NCBI RefSeq assembly: GCF_006345805.1
Contig: NC_043002.1
Coordinates: forward strand, 57,598,001 to 57,662,000
Length of the DNA stretch: 64,000 nucleotides
Direction of reading: 5' to 3'
From: Octopus sinensis
Taxonomy: Eukaryota
Shown: positions 27,809-41,824 of the stretch, piece after piece
Layout of the letters: every line of letters begins with the position of its first letter
How positions within the stretch are numbered: the stretch's first letter is position 1
Made by a program: the position numbers and the translations under genes
Notes under the pieces: generated by a model
The model's input: the letters and a program-made list of their open reading frames with translations, nothing else
What the model was told of the DNA's origin: nothing
Databases searched by the model: none

Positions 27809-28282
27809 TGTATGTATGTATGTATGTATGTATGTATGTATATTTGTATGCTTTGCTTTATGTATGTATTCTCAGCGGGGTTTTGTTTAATTTTTTTCTA
27901 GCAATTATATAGATCATTATTCAGTTCATAACTCCAAGAAAAATTAGTTTTGTAGTTACGGTTTCTTCTATAACTGCAGCTAGAAAGAATTTGTTTACCT
28001 GTTTTCGTTCTGTAACTCGATTGTGTTGTTGTTGATGTTGTCTACCGTTGTTGTTTATAATAACTCTCTGCATACTAAATTCAAGTTTCAGTCGAAAATC
28101 ACTACGATCGTGAATATAAGGTTTCCCCAGTCAATTCACCTGAAGATTAACCGATTGTTTAACAAGGATGCGAGTTGTGGCGCCAAAGTTGGAGATAGTA
28201 TTCATCGTATTTTCGATAAACAGTCTCCCACGCCAAATACGCGACTTGTCACTTCGAGTATGTACGTATGTATGCAGGTAAG

Positions 28283-28362
<80 letters not shown>

Positions 28363-29058
28363 TGCAGGGTGTAGTGCAAGTAATCTTTGTAAGAAATCCA
28401 TTTTTGTCTTCAAGCTAAACTGATAAGAATGTTTGATCTGAGTACTGGCAAACCAGGCGTCACTTGTGCAGTTCCTCGACTGCTTTATATTCTTAAGCAA
28501 TATTGAAATAATAGTAAACCTTGAAATATTATGCATATCGATGAGATAAATATTTAAAAACAAAAACAATGAAAATAAAACATTACAAATAATAAAAAGA
28601 AAAAGAAAAACTATGAACATCTGAGAAGAAAACATGTTTTCTTTTAGAAGAAAATTCCAAATATAAGAAAATGTTAAAATTTCTGCGATGTTTCTGTGAT
28701 ATGAAAATATGTGAACAGTAAACTGATATTGAACGAACAAACAATTCTGAATGGACGCCATCTGCACACAGATATTGGAAAATGTTCTAAATCGATAGAG
28801 AGCAGGTCGAATACATAAGAAGGAAAAAGACATGCGTTCGAAGAATGATTGAGAGAAAAAAAGCCCTCTCCTCCAAAATAACACACACAACAGAAAATAA
28901 AAAGAAAATGTGATTAGAAGCATGCTTCCCAACCACATGGTTCCGGGTACAGTTCCACTGCGTGGCACCTTGGGAAAGTGCCTTCTACCATAGCCTCGAG
29001 CCGTGCAAGGCTTGTGGGTGGATTTGGTTGACGGAAACTGAAAAAAGCCCGTCGTATG

Positions 29059-29137
<79 letters not shown>

Positions 29138-29252
29138 GCACTCTCACACACACACGTGTATGTGTGTGTATGTGTGTATAAGTACGTCGCCCTTTTGTTA
29201 AAAGATAGTATTTCACTTGCGAACACTGTTCACATTTTTATATTCTGCAACA

Positions 29253-29283
<31 letters not shown>

Positions 29284-30459
29284 AGTGTCTCAACAACGTG
29301 TTAAGCCGCTAAATATTTATTTATTTTTGCCCACAGGGGGCTAAATATAGAGGGGACAAACAAGGACAGACGAAGGGATTAAATGGTTTGCATCGACTCC
29401 AGTGTGTAACCGGTACTTATTTAATTGAAAGGTAAATTCGACCTCGGCGGAATTTGAAATCAGAACATAATGGCAGACGAGATACCGCTAAGCATTTCGC
29501 CCGGCGTGCTAATGATTCTGCCAGCTCGCCGCCCTTAAGTCACTAAATATTGACGAAAGGGGCAACTGGAATTGTGACCCTCACTTGTGAGCCAACTGTT
29601 GATGGCTCGTCAACAAAATGTTATTAAATTTTCCCGACATAATATCATATTCTTAAGCGTGTCTCTCTGGAAATTTCTTTCCTAAGATACTCACCATAAA
29701 AATTTTTTTCTACTGCGGGCACAAAGCCTGAAATTGGTTAGGAGGGGCTAACTGAGTCAATTAAACTGACCCTAGTGCTCAACTAGTACTCATTTTTATC
29801 GATCCTGAAAGGGTGAAAAAAAAAAGAATCGTCTTCTGCGGAATTTGAACTCAGAATGCCAAACCGGAAGAACTGCTGCTAAGCATTTTAATCCGACACT
29901 GTATCGTTTTAGGCTCAAGTCCAGCAGCTCTGAGAGAAAAAGTGGGTAGTCGATGACGAGAACTTTATTTCGTCAAGAAGAAATGATGAAAAATGAAACT
30001 GAGTTCAGAAATAGTTTAGTTCAGAATGCGAAGAGCCAGAATAAATATAGGAAAAGACTTTCCTGAGACTCGAACGATTTTAGGTGAGGCTCATAGAAAA
30101 TATAGCGCCTTGTGGGATAAATATCTTTTCTCAAGAGCATTTGGTTACAGTATTACAAGAAATATTTTAAACCGAGAATGTAACCTGCCTTTACATTTGT
30201 TGGCCGATCCTTTTAGCGTTTATCTCTTATGTTTTCAATCATTACACTGCGGTCACGCTGGAGCACTACCTTTACGAATCTATGGGTGAAAGAATCGATC
30301 CCAGTACTTAATTTGTGTAAAGTCTGGTACTTAATTTATCTGTCTCTATTGCCGAACCACTAAGTTACGATGACCTGAACATACAAACATCAGTTGCCAT
30401 GCGGTGGTGGGGGACACTTATACACCCCCACACTAACGCACATATTTACACACACACAA

Positions 30460-30491
<32 letters not shown>

Positions 30492-31034
30492 GTTTATATA
30501 TATGTATAAACACAAAAGATGATTATACTAGATATTCTAGTCACATAATCTGCTAGAAATAGCAACCAAATCTCCCCCACATGACATCATTTTGCGTTAC
30601 AAGAGAGGTCATTGGTAACGTATTCCTTTATACTTTTACAAAGTGTCCGAAATGTAGAGGAGATGGTTCTGGCTGGGATATATGTATCATCGTAGAGCTT
30701 CTGTATCGTGTACGACTTGGATATAAACTATAAAAACAGTTTCCAGCTCTTGGATATAAGATACTGTTATAGGCTTTATCTAATTGAAGTGAATCATAAG
30801 CAGATTAGCATGATGGACTTTATACCTGTTCTTTCCAAGTTATACTTAGAGTAGGAATCGAACTCAGCTCTTTCAAACTATTGAAACACTAGAAAACTTT
30901 ATGTTGCTGTCGTTACAGCTGACTTTATATTAGTTTTTATAAGAGTTAAGTGCTGCGTTTTGGCCGTGAGAAAAACATGAATACCATAATATATTCTTGT
31001 CTCATCTAAATTCAGTAATATGAGTTACAAGTAG

Positions 31035-31255
31035 GGCGGTCAGCTGGCAGAATCGGTAGTATGCTGGGCAAAATGCGTTGCCATATTTCGTCCGTCTTTA
31101 TGTTCTGAGTTTAAATTCCACCGAGGTTGACTTTACCTTCCCTCCATTTGGGGGTCGATAAAATAAGCATCATTTGAGCACTGGGGAGGGGGGTCAATGT
31201 AATTGACTTACCCCTTCCCAAAGAAATGCTGGCCTTGTGCCAAGATTTGAAGCGA
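31035..31255 (+). mobile_element. tRNA-derived SINE family B (Meta-domain-like centre)
   Basis: GGCGG..AGCTGGCAGAATCG head, GAGTT(C/T)AAATTCC B box, GG(T)TGACTTT(G/A)CCTT..GGGGTCGATAAAATAAG centre. Other copies: 6575-6770, 23635-24090, 27445-27610, 34420-34645, 47707-47900 (+); 29325-29535, 29700-29905 (-). Confidence 0.75.
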
Positions 31256-34200
31256 ATTTTAGTTACAAGTTGATGATTCTTTAATGGGTGGTCAGAGGAG
31301 GAAGGGCAGCACTTATAACATTTTTCAAAATATCCGAGATTAGCAGGAGAAACGAAAGAAGATTTCGTCGACCTGTAGATTTCACCTGAATTCCTGAAGT
31401 AGAATGGCCTCTGTTAAAGTCAGCTATTCTTCTAATTACAAAAGTTATTATAAAAATAAAACAATATCGCACGAAACGAAATCAGAATTAGGAATTTGGG
31501 GTTTGATATGAAAACTCTGCAACGTACAGCAGTCATTTAGATAATAGTGTCTCAACACAAAACTTTTACGATAAGCAAACGATGAAAAATAAACTCGTCA
31601 GTTCAGAAAACTAATAATAGATCTAATATTTTTTATCGAATCGAGACAGTCCTCTAACCCAAAGATTTTGGCGGGATCTTTCGTAGACAAATTTATAGCT
31701 CAGTTAATCTTCTGAAGCTCTTTTCGATTCTCTGATATCTGTCTCAATTTCCGGAACTTTCTGTTTCTTTTGAATATTTATCGACATTAGTTATCTCAAA
31801 AACCATTAACCATTAAAACTATTGAATATATTTTTTTCTTTACTTATTCCATTTCGCCAGACTATGTGCTTACAACTTGTATATTTTCCGTTATAGAACT
31901 CAATCGAAGTTTTGTCAATTTTCCCTTCTGGTGGAATATTTGTAAAATGAAGACATAAACCTCTAACAATGTATCAGAAGTTTAGTGATTACATTTATCG
32001 TCTGCTATCATTTGTGACTTTTCGAAAACAAATTGGATTTTCTTAATTGTCTCTTCTGATTAAATATAACAACAGATTTTTTTGCGTAATACAGAGAAAG
32101 AATCGTTTAAATAGATTCCGCTACATTAATACAACTTATGATGATGTTGGTGGTACAATATAACCTCAGATGAACTCATATCGAGCGGACGTATTACCAA
32201 AAACATTCCATTGCAGTCTTCATCGACTTATCATAATTTTAAATGTTCGACACTCATGAGATTATTGTTATCTTTCTTTCGCAACAAAAGTATTTCTGAA
32301 AATGAATTTAACACTAAATACATGACATATGCGAACACTCACTTAACTGCTGTTCTTCATGTGAATGGCGTCCCTATGTAATTAAACTCGGTTATTTATT
32401 CATTTATTTACAATATACTAATTTTCTACTACTATTCATGGGCGATTTTTGGAGTTTCTCATATTACTATTTTGGTTATAATGGTGGTGTTTATACTTCG
32501 TTGAGGAAGTGTAATAAGATCAAAACAGACCAGGGGTAGTCCCCCCTACATAACATGAAATAATTAATCTAATAATAGTCACTGTACTAATGTCGTTGTC
32601 AATGATGTGTTGTCCTCATCATTAAATAATTATAATACGAATTTCAATGCTCTTTATAAATAAACTAGCATCACGCCGGTTGCGACGTTGTGTCAGTTAT
32701 ATTTTATCCAGTCAACGGAACAGCCAATTCTTGAAATTAATGTGCAAGTGGCCGAGTACTCCACAGCTCTAAGGGAGATTCAGCATGACACAGAATGTGA
32801 TAAGGCCGGCCCTTTTGAATTGCAGGTACAACGCATTTTTGTCAGCTGAGTGGACTGGAGTAACGTGAAATAAAATCTCTTGTTGAAGGACACGACGTGC
32901 CACCAGGAATCGATCTGGTGTCTTTACGATCGTGGGTCGAATACTCTAACCACTAAACCCCGCGCATTCATGAAAAGACATTCAAGAAACGCTAACGTGC
33001 AGTGTTAAGCAACGTCATCTCGCAGTAAATTTAAAATTAGTTTTCTGTAGTTGAAATCTTCAATGATAAAAGAAACTAGAAAACCACATTTTGACAAAAA
33101 ACATCAAAATTTAAAGTTTTAAGAATGTTTTTAGACAATGCAGACTTTAATAATTAATTACTTTTTGTAAAAGTTACATACACACTCCAAACTAATTGAT
33201 AAGCAGTTATCTTTATTATAGTACACAAGCCGATAATATACTAAGTTGCAGAGAACATTGAATAAATTATGTAAATGCTTAGTAAACGACAGCGCATGCA
33301 GTAGGTTCTATCTATTTCTTTAGCATGTGGTTCAATGACTAACAGATATTCATTTATTAATCGTAGCTTTGTACAGTTTCCGAGGGATTGTAACTAAGTT
33401 GCTTTTATCATGTCAAAGCTTTCTTGTCGCTAATTGCTTTCAAAATATTAATTTATTTGATCAAGTAAAATTATTTTTGAAACATGTTTCTCAGAACATT
33501 TCATGAGGCGATTCAACGAAACATAACAGATAAAAGCCAAAACAAAAGAGCTGGAAAAAAAAAGCAGAAAGCAAAAGCAGCAATCCAATAACAAAGCAAA
33601 AATAGTTTTAGAAACAATAGAAAAGGATGGGAAAAAAAGAACTAATTAGCTTTAATTAATAAAGTTGGAGATACATTTTAATTAGCTAAACAAAGAAGCC
33701 ATCTAAATACACAGTAAATGTAAAATATAAGAAAGAATAAACTAAATTAAATTATGTTTATAGCGATTTGGCCGCAGGCTTTCAATTATAACCGTAAGTT
33801 AAAAAGAAGATATTGTGTTTAAGAAAAATACGCTATTGAGATGGAATACATTGTTGCTTTTAATATATTAATATGATACATCCATTTGCCGGTCTCAAAG
33901 TGGTGTTCTGACAAATAAAAGAGAAAAGAGAATAAAAAATAAAAAGTTTAAAAATTTCGCTTTAATGCATACACATAGGGATATATACGTTTATTTTCCT
34001 ATGGTTTGTTAATGCATGTCACTAGTAATTTCTTCAATATTTTCCTAATGAAAATTAAACAGATATTATACAAGGGATAGGAAATAATCAGTTGGAAAAA
34101 TCCATTCTTCGGAAGTCAAAAATATTGTGGATTCCTTAAAATACACTTTTTAAAGTTATTTCTACAGATTTTCTACATAAATTAGAACTCGCATTGAAAG

Positions 34201-35344
34201 TTACGACGTTTAGTATACGAATACGTCTAGGTAAACAAAGCGATGGAAGAAAGTAAAATAGGCGATAGATGTATATGCATTTTTCTGTTCTTACTCCTTC
34301 TTCAGAGCCACATCCAACCCACTAACCATCCACGGACACATCGCTAAAATAGCCTCTAAATTTAGTGGTGTAACACAATTGGATATACCAATTTTGCATA
34401 TGGGCTTGAAATGCAGTAAACTAGTCGGATAAAATTCTTAGCGGCATTTATTCCGGCTCTTTAATATGTCGTTAAAGTATTGATTCAACTTATATGTTCA
34501 CAACATTGCAGAGATCTCAGTTCAAATGTTACCGAGGTCAAATTTGCCTTTCATCCCTTTCGGATTGATAAAATAAAGCTCCATTCAAATCTTGGGGTCG
34601 ACGTAATCGAATTGTCCCCTCCTCACGAAGACAGCTGGCCTTGAACCTTAAAATGGACGAGTTGTCCCTTCCATGGGAGATTGTTGTGATCTCGATCACG
34701 TATACGCCATGGAAATCGGATGATCGACCCTATGAGCTCTTGGGTTCAAGAACAATTAATTTGAACTTTGGGCGTCTTTAATTCTAACGTGATTCTCTAA
34801 TAACAGGAAGATTCCAGCAAAAAATCTCTAACTACCACTTCCATAGAGTGTTACAGAGAATTAAAGCTGCTCAATAAGATGGAGTGTTTCTTGTTTAGCC
34901 CCAAATCAATCGCGATAAAACATATCTATAAGCGAAACTGATCCGACCGTGAACATTCACTTATATTTTTGCTAGTGGGCATCTAGTTTATTTCCGAACG
35001 CTTTTGTCGTTTTTCTTTAAGATGATACGGTGTGATTTAAGGGAGAATAGGCTGATACTTCTAACAAGATAACCGGCAGCGTAGAGCAGCTTTCTTACTT
35101 AGCTCGAGGTCCCACGTTTACCAGTTAGATGATAGTTTGGACTACTGATTAAATGGTACATTTTCGTATCATTCACATATACAGTTGTTTAGTGTAATGA
35201 GAATAAAAGACAATGGGCCTTTACCTATTTCGACGATGAGTTTGCAACTGTTCAATAAACTAATTCATTTACCCATTAAATGAGTGTGTGAGAAACGGAT
35301 GCGTTTAACTTCAACTTAATTTTCAGGCGAGGTCAGTGTCATTG

Positions 35345-35686
35345 TGTAACAAATAACAAACAAAAGCACTCCGTTGGTTACGACGACGAGGGTACCAGGG
35401 GATACGATCAACAGAACAGCTTGCTCTTGAGATTAATGTGCAAGTAGCTGAGCACTCCGCAGACATGCGTAGCTCTTCACATACTTCCCAGGGAGATTCA
35501 GCGTGACACAGTGTGACAAGACTGGCCCTTTTAAATAATGTACTACTCCTTTTTGCCAACTGAGTGGACTGGAGCAACGTGAAATAAAGTGCCTTGCTCA
35601 AGAACACAACGCGTCGTCCAGAATTGAACTCACGACCTTACGATCATGAGCTCAATGCCCTAACCACTATGCCACGCGCCTTCACA
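35345..35686 (-). mobile_element. tRNA-derived SINE family C
   Basis: Minus strand: A box TGGCATAGTGG, B box GAGTTCAATTC, then GTGTTCTTGAGCAAGGCACTT. Other copies: 2750-3110, 32685-32972 (-); 25906-26030 (+). Confidence 0.75.
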
Positions 35687-36089
35687 TGTAACTGTTATCA
35701 TAAGAGTTAAAAACGTTTAGTATGCAAATCTGTAGCTCCCGCTCTCTGAAGCTACTGGGTTTGCCGTGAGTGTGTGAGCGGATTGGCTACTTATTTCTCT
35801 TGGATTGTACAAGCGATATAGACAGCCCTGTCTTCGACCACGAGGAGTGTCGACAATCGATGAAGGTCATCTTTCCGGTTTATGAAGAAATTAAAGTAAA
35901 TTTGAGACATTTTACACACACGCAGACACACAAACACACATACACACATCCACTCACACATACGACGGGTTTCTTTCAGTTTCCGTCTACCAACTCCTCT
36001 CACAAGGCATTGGTCGGCCCGAGGTACCACGCAGTGGGACTGAACCCGGGACCATTTAGAAGCAAGCTCCTTACCATATAGCCAGGCCA

Positions 36090-36139
<50 letters not shown>

Positions 36140-36192
36140 ATTGGTGAATTGAAGAAATGGAGTTGAACGCAGATTGAACAGAAATCGTTTTA

Positions 36193-36282
36193 TTTCATTC
36201 TACACGTGTTTCGAAAGGCACAAATTACCAAAATCCGATTGAATAATGGGACCATATTGTGTCTTTCTCTTCAGGAAGAAAA
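36193..36282 (-). ncRNA. Type I hammerhead ribozyme in the inverted repeat copy
   Basis: Reverse complement of the 40544-40633 motif. Confidence 0.83.
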
Positions 36283-36915
36283 AAGGAAATCCGTTGGAAA
36301 AACAAAAACAGAACAGAGGCGGAGCAAAAACAAATCGAACTATGCTCCTAAGAGCCCATGGCGAAACTGTTTATCAGTGTATGTTGAGAACCGGTGGCTG
36401 AAGAATTCAACGGGTCAGGCATCGGTCAATCATGTGGGTGAGGGTGTATAGATGTTCTTTGTGACCGAGAATAAAGTTCTGACTATTTAAGGAATATTGG
36501 ATGTTTTATAAGGGGCGAGAAAAAATCTACTTAGAGACGTGTGTGTGTGTATACTGTTCTATATATGTGTGTGTTGGCGTAGGGGTAGAAAACATTTTTT
36601 GTGTACGTGTGTGCGTTTGATCGTTCGGCTGTCAGTGGCTACTGCCGTGATAACCGTTGGGTGGCAGAAAGAAAAAAAAAAATATATATTATGTTTTATG
36701 TGTGTGTGTGTTCATCTAAGCCTGCCTTGTCAAGGAAACCCCCCGCTGTGAAAAAACCAAGCCCCGTTTGTCTTACAGGAGTAATTCCCCTTGCAGTGGT
36801 TAATCGTAGATATCTTAAAGGCTATTTCAGAATTTGTTACCAAGGGCTATGGGTGCCGGTATTATTGTTTTTGCTCCGCCTCTGTTCTGTTTTTGTTTTT
36901 CCAACGGATTTCCTT

Positions 36916-37005
36916 TTTTCTTCCTGAAGAGAAAGACACAATATGGTCCCATTATTCAATCGGATTTTGGTAATTTGTGCCTTTCGAAACACGTGTAGAA
37001 TGAAA
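36916..37005 (+). ncRNA. Type I hammerhead ribozyme in the 5' terminal repeat
   Basis: UUC-CUGAAGA-[GAAAG..CACAA / UUGUG..CUUUC]-GAAA-CACGUG-UA^GAA. Stem III is palindromic (ACACGUGU). Predicted cleavage after 36997. Confidence 0.85.
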
Positions 37006-37263
37006 TAAAACGATTTCTGTTCAATCTGCGTTCAGCTCCATTTCTTCAATTCACCAATAATGTTTTAATTTCAATTATCCGCACCAACGCACGGTTGCAA
37101 CGCCAGATGGTTGTACCTCCAACCGTGCTGTTTACTGCTGTGATTTTTGCTACTAAGGTATCGGTTAAACTTTTGATTAATATACTACAAGATTATTCAT
37201 CTTTCTATTTCACATAATACATACCGCTTCGTCAAGAAACTGCTACTTTAACCGATACCAATA

Positions 37264-39950
37264 ATGGAGTTGTTCGAGATTGATGCGTCCCTTAAGGATA
37301 TTCCTATACCACCAAAGGATGCCTTCCTTAAGGAGTTGGTTTGTAAAACCAACGCATTCATAAACCGGATAAGATGGCTCATTTTCTTCCACGAGAACGA
37401 AGATCTAAAATCGAACCGGACAAGCATCGTCCGAATACGGCCGGCTTTTTAAAACATTGGATACGCCGCCACCGAACCCAAGACTGAAGAAGTTTGAGGA
37501 CGACTTGTGGGACATAGTTAGAAAGATTAAGTTCAGGAAGTCACCCAGGAGAAATGCCCACCTCAGATACCTAGATAAAATTACCAAGGACATTAATAGA
37601 ACGGACGGAGTCCTGGTCCAGTCCGACAAGACCAGGAACACATACAAGATGCCCATTAAGCAGTACCTAGATTTACTCGGTAAAGAGATCAAGAAAAATT
37701 ATAGAAAAACCAATTGGAGTACCCTGAGGAAGGTAAACTTGGAAATTAAGGAAATAATATTTAAACACCGAATTCAAATGAGAACTCAGCCGCTTAGCCC
37801 CAAGCAACCCAGATTTATAGTGAAGGACCATAAACCTAACTTCCACACCAACCCAGCGCTAAGACTCATATGCCCTGCTAGATCTGATATCGGGATAATC
37901 AGTAAGTACATTTTAGATAAATATATCCCTAGTTTAGTAAACAAGCTGAAGCTCAGCCTCTGGGCCAACTCCTCGCAGGTAGTGAAGTGGTTCTCTTCCA
38001 TCCCCAATAAGAACCGTACTAGGTTCATTCAGTTTGATATCGCCAGCTTCTACCCCTCGATTAACCCTAGTGTGCTAAATAAGGCCCTCTGGCATGCTCA
38101 CAACAAGGCTGGCCTCACCAGAGAAGAGATAGATATCATTTTAGTTGCCAGGAAATCGTTTATTAAGTTTGATAATAAGTTGTGGATCCGTAAAGATACT
38201 CCCAATGAATTTGATGTGCCTATGGGTAGTTCGGATAGTGCGCAGATAGCCGATTTGGTCGGAATATATATTCTCTACGAATTGTCCGACCAATTCCCGG
38301 AGATCGCGGGCGGCCTGTATCGTGACGATTGTCTGTTTTACCTGCAAAACACCACGAACAGAATAGTGCAGAAAACTAAGAGCAGGTTAGCTAGGTTTTT
38401 TTAATAGAATGGGCATGAGTATAGTTTTTGATAATGAACTCACCAAGGCTAATTTCCTAGACGTTACACTTAACCTTAATAGCGACTCATACTGCCCTTA
38501 CCATAAGCCTTCCACTAATTTGAAGTATGTCAGTGTCTTCTCAAATCATGCCAAAACCGTAACAGACAATTTGGTTAAAAACATCTCTCTAAGATTGTCT
38601 GGCTTGTCCGCCAGTGCCGATATTTTTATGCAGAAAGCGGAATTTTATAACGCCGCACTATCCAAGGCCGGTTATAGGCAGAAGGTAATTTATATTGATC
38701 CGGCCCTTCCGATGCCATCATTCGGTCATCAGGATAGGGCCGTATATAATAACATTAACATTTTAAGTAAGGACGGGAGCGCGGCGGATGCCGGGGTAGT
38801 CGCTCCCGCATTTAATTTAGCGAACAAGGATAATTATCGGTCCGGGAGGTCTTACACTAACCCAAGACCCGTTATTCATCCGAGAATCACCCACCCGAAT
38901 GCGAGAGCTGGCGTCCCGACCCATCACACTGATAGGAATAAGCATATATGGTTTGTAATCCCCTTTGGTAAGCAGATTAGAACTAACCTCCCCCTCATGT
39001 TTAGACAAGCCATCGCCAATAACTTCCCCAGAAATTCCAAATATTACTCCACGGTTAACTCACATAAAGTTAGGATAGCTTTCTCCAACACTAAAAACCT
39101 CGCCCAGATAATCGCCTCCCATAATAATAGGCTACTTACTAAGACCCTATCACCTTTTTCCGGAGGCACAGCCTCTTCCGCTCCCGGTTTAATGCTCAGT
39201 AGGAATAATTATAGTAGTAATAATGATATGAGAGCCAGTACAGTGACACATAATCTCAGCTCCAGCCAGGGAGTACCCACTAGGGGTATAGTTATAAATA
39301 GGGGTGTTGTGGTTGACGGTAACAATGGGAGTAGGGTAGAGAGCCCCAATAGCATCCCCAGCATCATTTCCCGCAATAGCAGCACCACGGGCAGTAGCAA
39401 TGACAGCACTCTGATAGATAGTGGAGAATCAGGGGTTATTCCTATAGTTAATAGTGACGTAGTGGAAAATAGAGTAGTAAGCGGCTGCAGGTCTCGGAAC
39501 GAATATAGTGACAGGAACGCAGTTCTAATTTCAGAAACTAATCCTAGCAGATTAAGATTCACGTCGGCGAACTCCAAGATCAAAAACGCCGTCTACCAAT
39601 GCAAGGTTTACACGGACTCAGATGTCTTCGCTTATGTAGGGGCATCATCCTCAAGATTGTCTTTGCGTGTCTCCAACCATTACGCAACTTTTCGGGACGT
39701 GAACAAGCGCCAGACCACGGGACTCAGCAAGCTAATATGGCGACTGAAGGATACGAACTTAAGCTATAGGCTGGAATGGTCAATTTTGTCGGTGGCCCTC
39801 CCATTTGATAGGGGCAGAAGACAGTGCAACCTTTGTGTCTCCGAACTCTTCCATATTTTGTTTGCCAGAGGCCGGATGGTAAACGGGCTCTTACAGTCGG
39901 CTTTTCGATGCCCCCATTGGCGGCGTTACACTTATCTGGCTTTTAAATAG
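37264..39950 (+). CDS. PLE reverse transcriptase / GIY-YIG endonuclease polyprotein, broken by two +1 T insertions
   Basis: ORFs 37264-37452, 37457-38404 and 38409-39950 join into 894 aa if one T is removed from each of the runs 37446-37450 and 38396-38402. RT motifs: FDIASFYPSI, VPMGSSDSAQIADLVG, LYRDDCL. Endonuclease motifs: AVYQCKV..YVG..R..NH, LSKLIWRLK, CNLCVSE. Confidence 0.9.
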
Positions 39951-40543
39951 CGTTTATAAATAATACCGGCACCCATAGCCCTTGGTAACAAATTCTGAAA
40001 TAGCCTTTAAGATATCTACGATTAACCACTGCAAGGGGAATTACTCCTGTAAGACAAACGGGGCTTGGTTTTTTCACAGCGGGGGGTTTCCTTGACAAGG
40101 CAGGCTTAGATGAACACACACACACATAAAACATAATATATATATATTTTTTTTCTTTCTGCCACCCAACGGTTATCACGGCAGTAGCCACTGACAGCCG
40201 AACGATCAAACGCACACACGTACACAAAAAATGTTTTCTACCCCTACGCCAACACACACATATATAGAACAGTATACACACACACACGTCTCTAAGTAGA
40301 TTTTTTCTCGCCCCTTATAAAACATCCAATATTCCTTAAATAGTCAGAACTTTATTCTCGGTCACAAAGAACATCTATACACCCTCACCCACATGATTGA
40401 CCGATGCCTGACCCGTTGAATTCTTCAGCCACCGGTTCTCAACATACACTGATAAACAGTTTCGCCATGGGCTCTTAGGAGCATAGTTCGATTTGTTTTT
40501 GCTCCGCCTCTGTTCTGTTTTTGTTTTTCCAACGGATTTCCTT

Positions 40544-40633
40544 TTTTCTTCCTGAAGAGAAAGACACAATATGGTCCCATTATTCAATCGGATTTTGGTA
40601 ATTTGTGCCTTTCGAAACACGTGTAGAATGAAA
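40544..40633 (+). ncRNA. Type I hammerhead ribozyme in the 3' terminal repeat
   Basis: Same sequence as 36916-37005; predicted cleavage after 40625. Confidence 0.85.
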
Positions 40634-40837
40634 TAAAACGATTTCTGTTCAATCTGCGTTCAGCTCCATTTCTTCAATTCACCAATAATGTTTTAATTTC
40701 AATTATCCGCACCAACGCACGGTTGCAACGCCAGATGGTTGTACCTCCAACCGTGCTGTTTACTGCTGTGATTTTTGCTACTAAGGTATCGGTTAAACTT
40801 TTGATTAATCTACTACAAGATTATTCATCTTTCTATT

Positions 40838-40921
<84 letters not shown>

Positions 40922-40960
40922 TGTACTTATATACACACATATATACATACACATATACAC

Positions 40961-41083
<123 letters not shown>

Positions 41084-41377
41084 TATACATGACAGTAACT
41101 CATGTATTATGTTAAATGTTAGTATAATATTATTAGTATAGTTTCATGGCAATCGATGTTGTCAATAAATGGCTTCGTGCCGAAAATGGAGAGGAGCAAA
41201 TTTCTGTCCCCGTAACCTGGTACTTTGCCGTTCGACACAAGCTGAGACAGGTCGATTTGATTAGCACTGACCTCTAAAGTGCTACCCCAGTGTGGTTACC
41301 AGAGAATAGCTGAAAAAAATAAACGAATAAAAGGAAAAACAGAATACACACATACACACACACAGACACACATATAT

Positions 41378-41417
<40 letters not shown>

Positions 41418-41439
41418 ATATACACATAGATATACATTG

Positions 41440-41650
41440 CAAAATGTAACCACATGTGAATCAGTGGCGAATTTTTCCTCCGTCTTCCTTTTCTTATGGA
41501 CTTTCCTCTGTCTCCTGTTTCTGAAGAAGAGCTATGCTCGAAACGTAAAAACCACCTTTCTTTCCTTCCTTGAGCGTCTGCTAATACTTTGCATGTATCG
41601 CCTTCTCGCGTTGTTGTTTTTTTTCACGTTTTCGTTCTTCGTTTTTTTAG
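41440..41650 (+). mobile_element. PLE terminal-repeat fragment with minimal hammerhead at 41518-41550
   Basis: UUU-CUGAAGA-A-GAGC(uau)GCUC-GAAA-C-GUA^AAA; similar to the repeats at 48180-48700. Confidence 0.7.
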
Positions 41651-41655
41651 AAATG

Positions 41656-41783
<128 letters not shown>

Positions 41784-41824
41784 AGTATAAAAGCTAACTA
41801 TCGTGAGCAAGAATAAATTTAAAT

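Larger units (their letters stand above)
36131..40841 (+). mobile_element. Near-intact Penelope-like retroelement (probably Naiad-type) with inverted and tandem terminal repeats, inserted in (TA)n
   Basis: 36131-36866 is the reverse complement of about 39960-40697. 36867-37213 is a direct repeat of 40495-40841. I saw only a couple of substitutions and one microsatellite length difference between copies. (TA)n lies on both flanks, and the RT + GIY-YIG ORF lies between the repeats. Confidence 0.94.

Noticed and set aside
28249-29226. 325-aa minus-strand ORF
   Set aside because: It is a chance read-through of microsatellites, a SINE head and AT-rich DNA, with no domain.
39209-39583. 124-aa Leu-rich antisense ORF inside the PLE insertion
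   Set aside because: Expected from AGT/AAT-rich sense codons; no independent evidence of coding.
37264-39950. Selenocysteine recoding, as known for some Naiad elements
   Set aside because: The repaired ORF has no in-frame TGA; both breaks are frameshifts.
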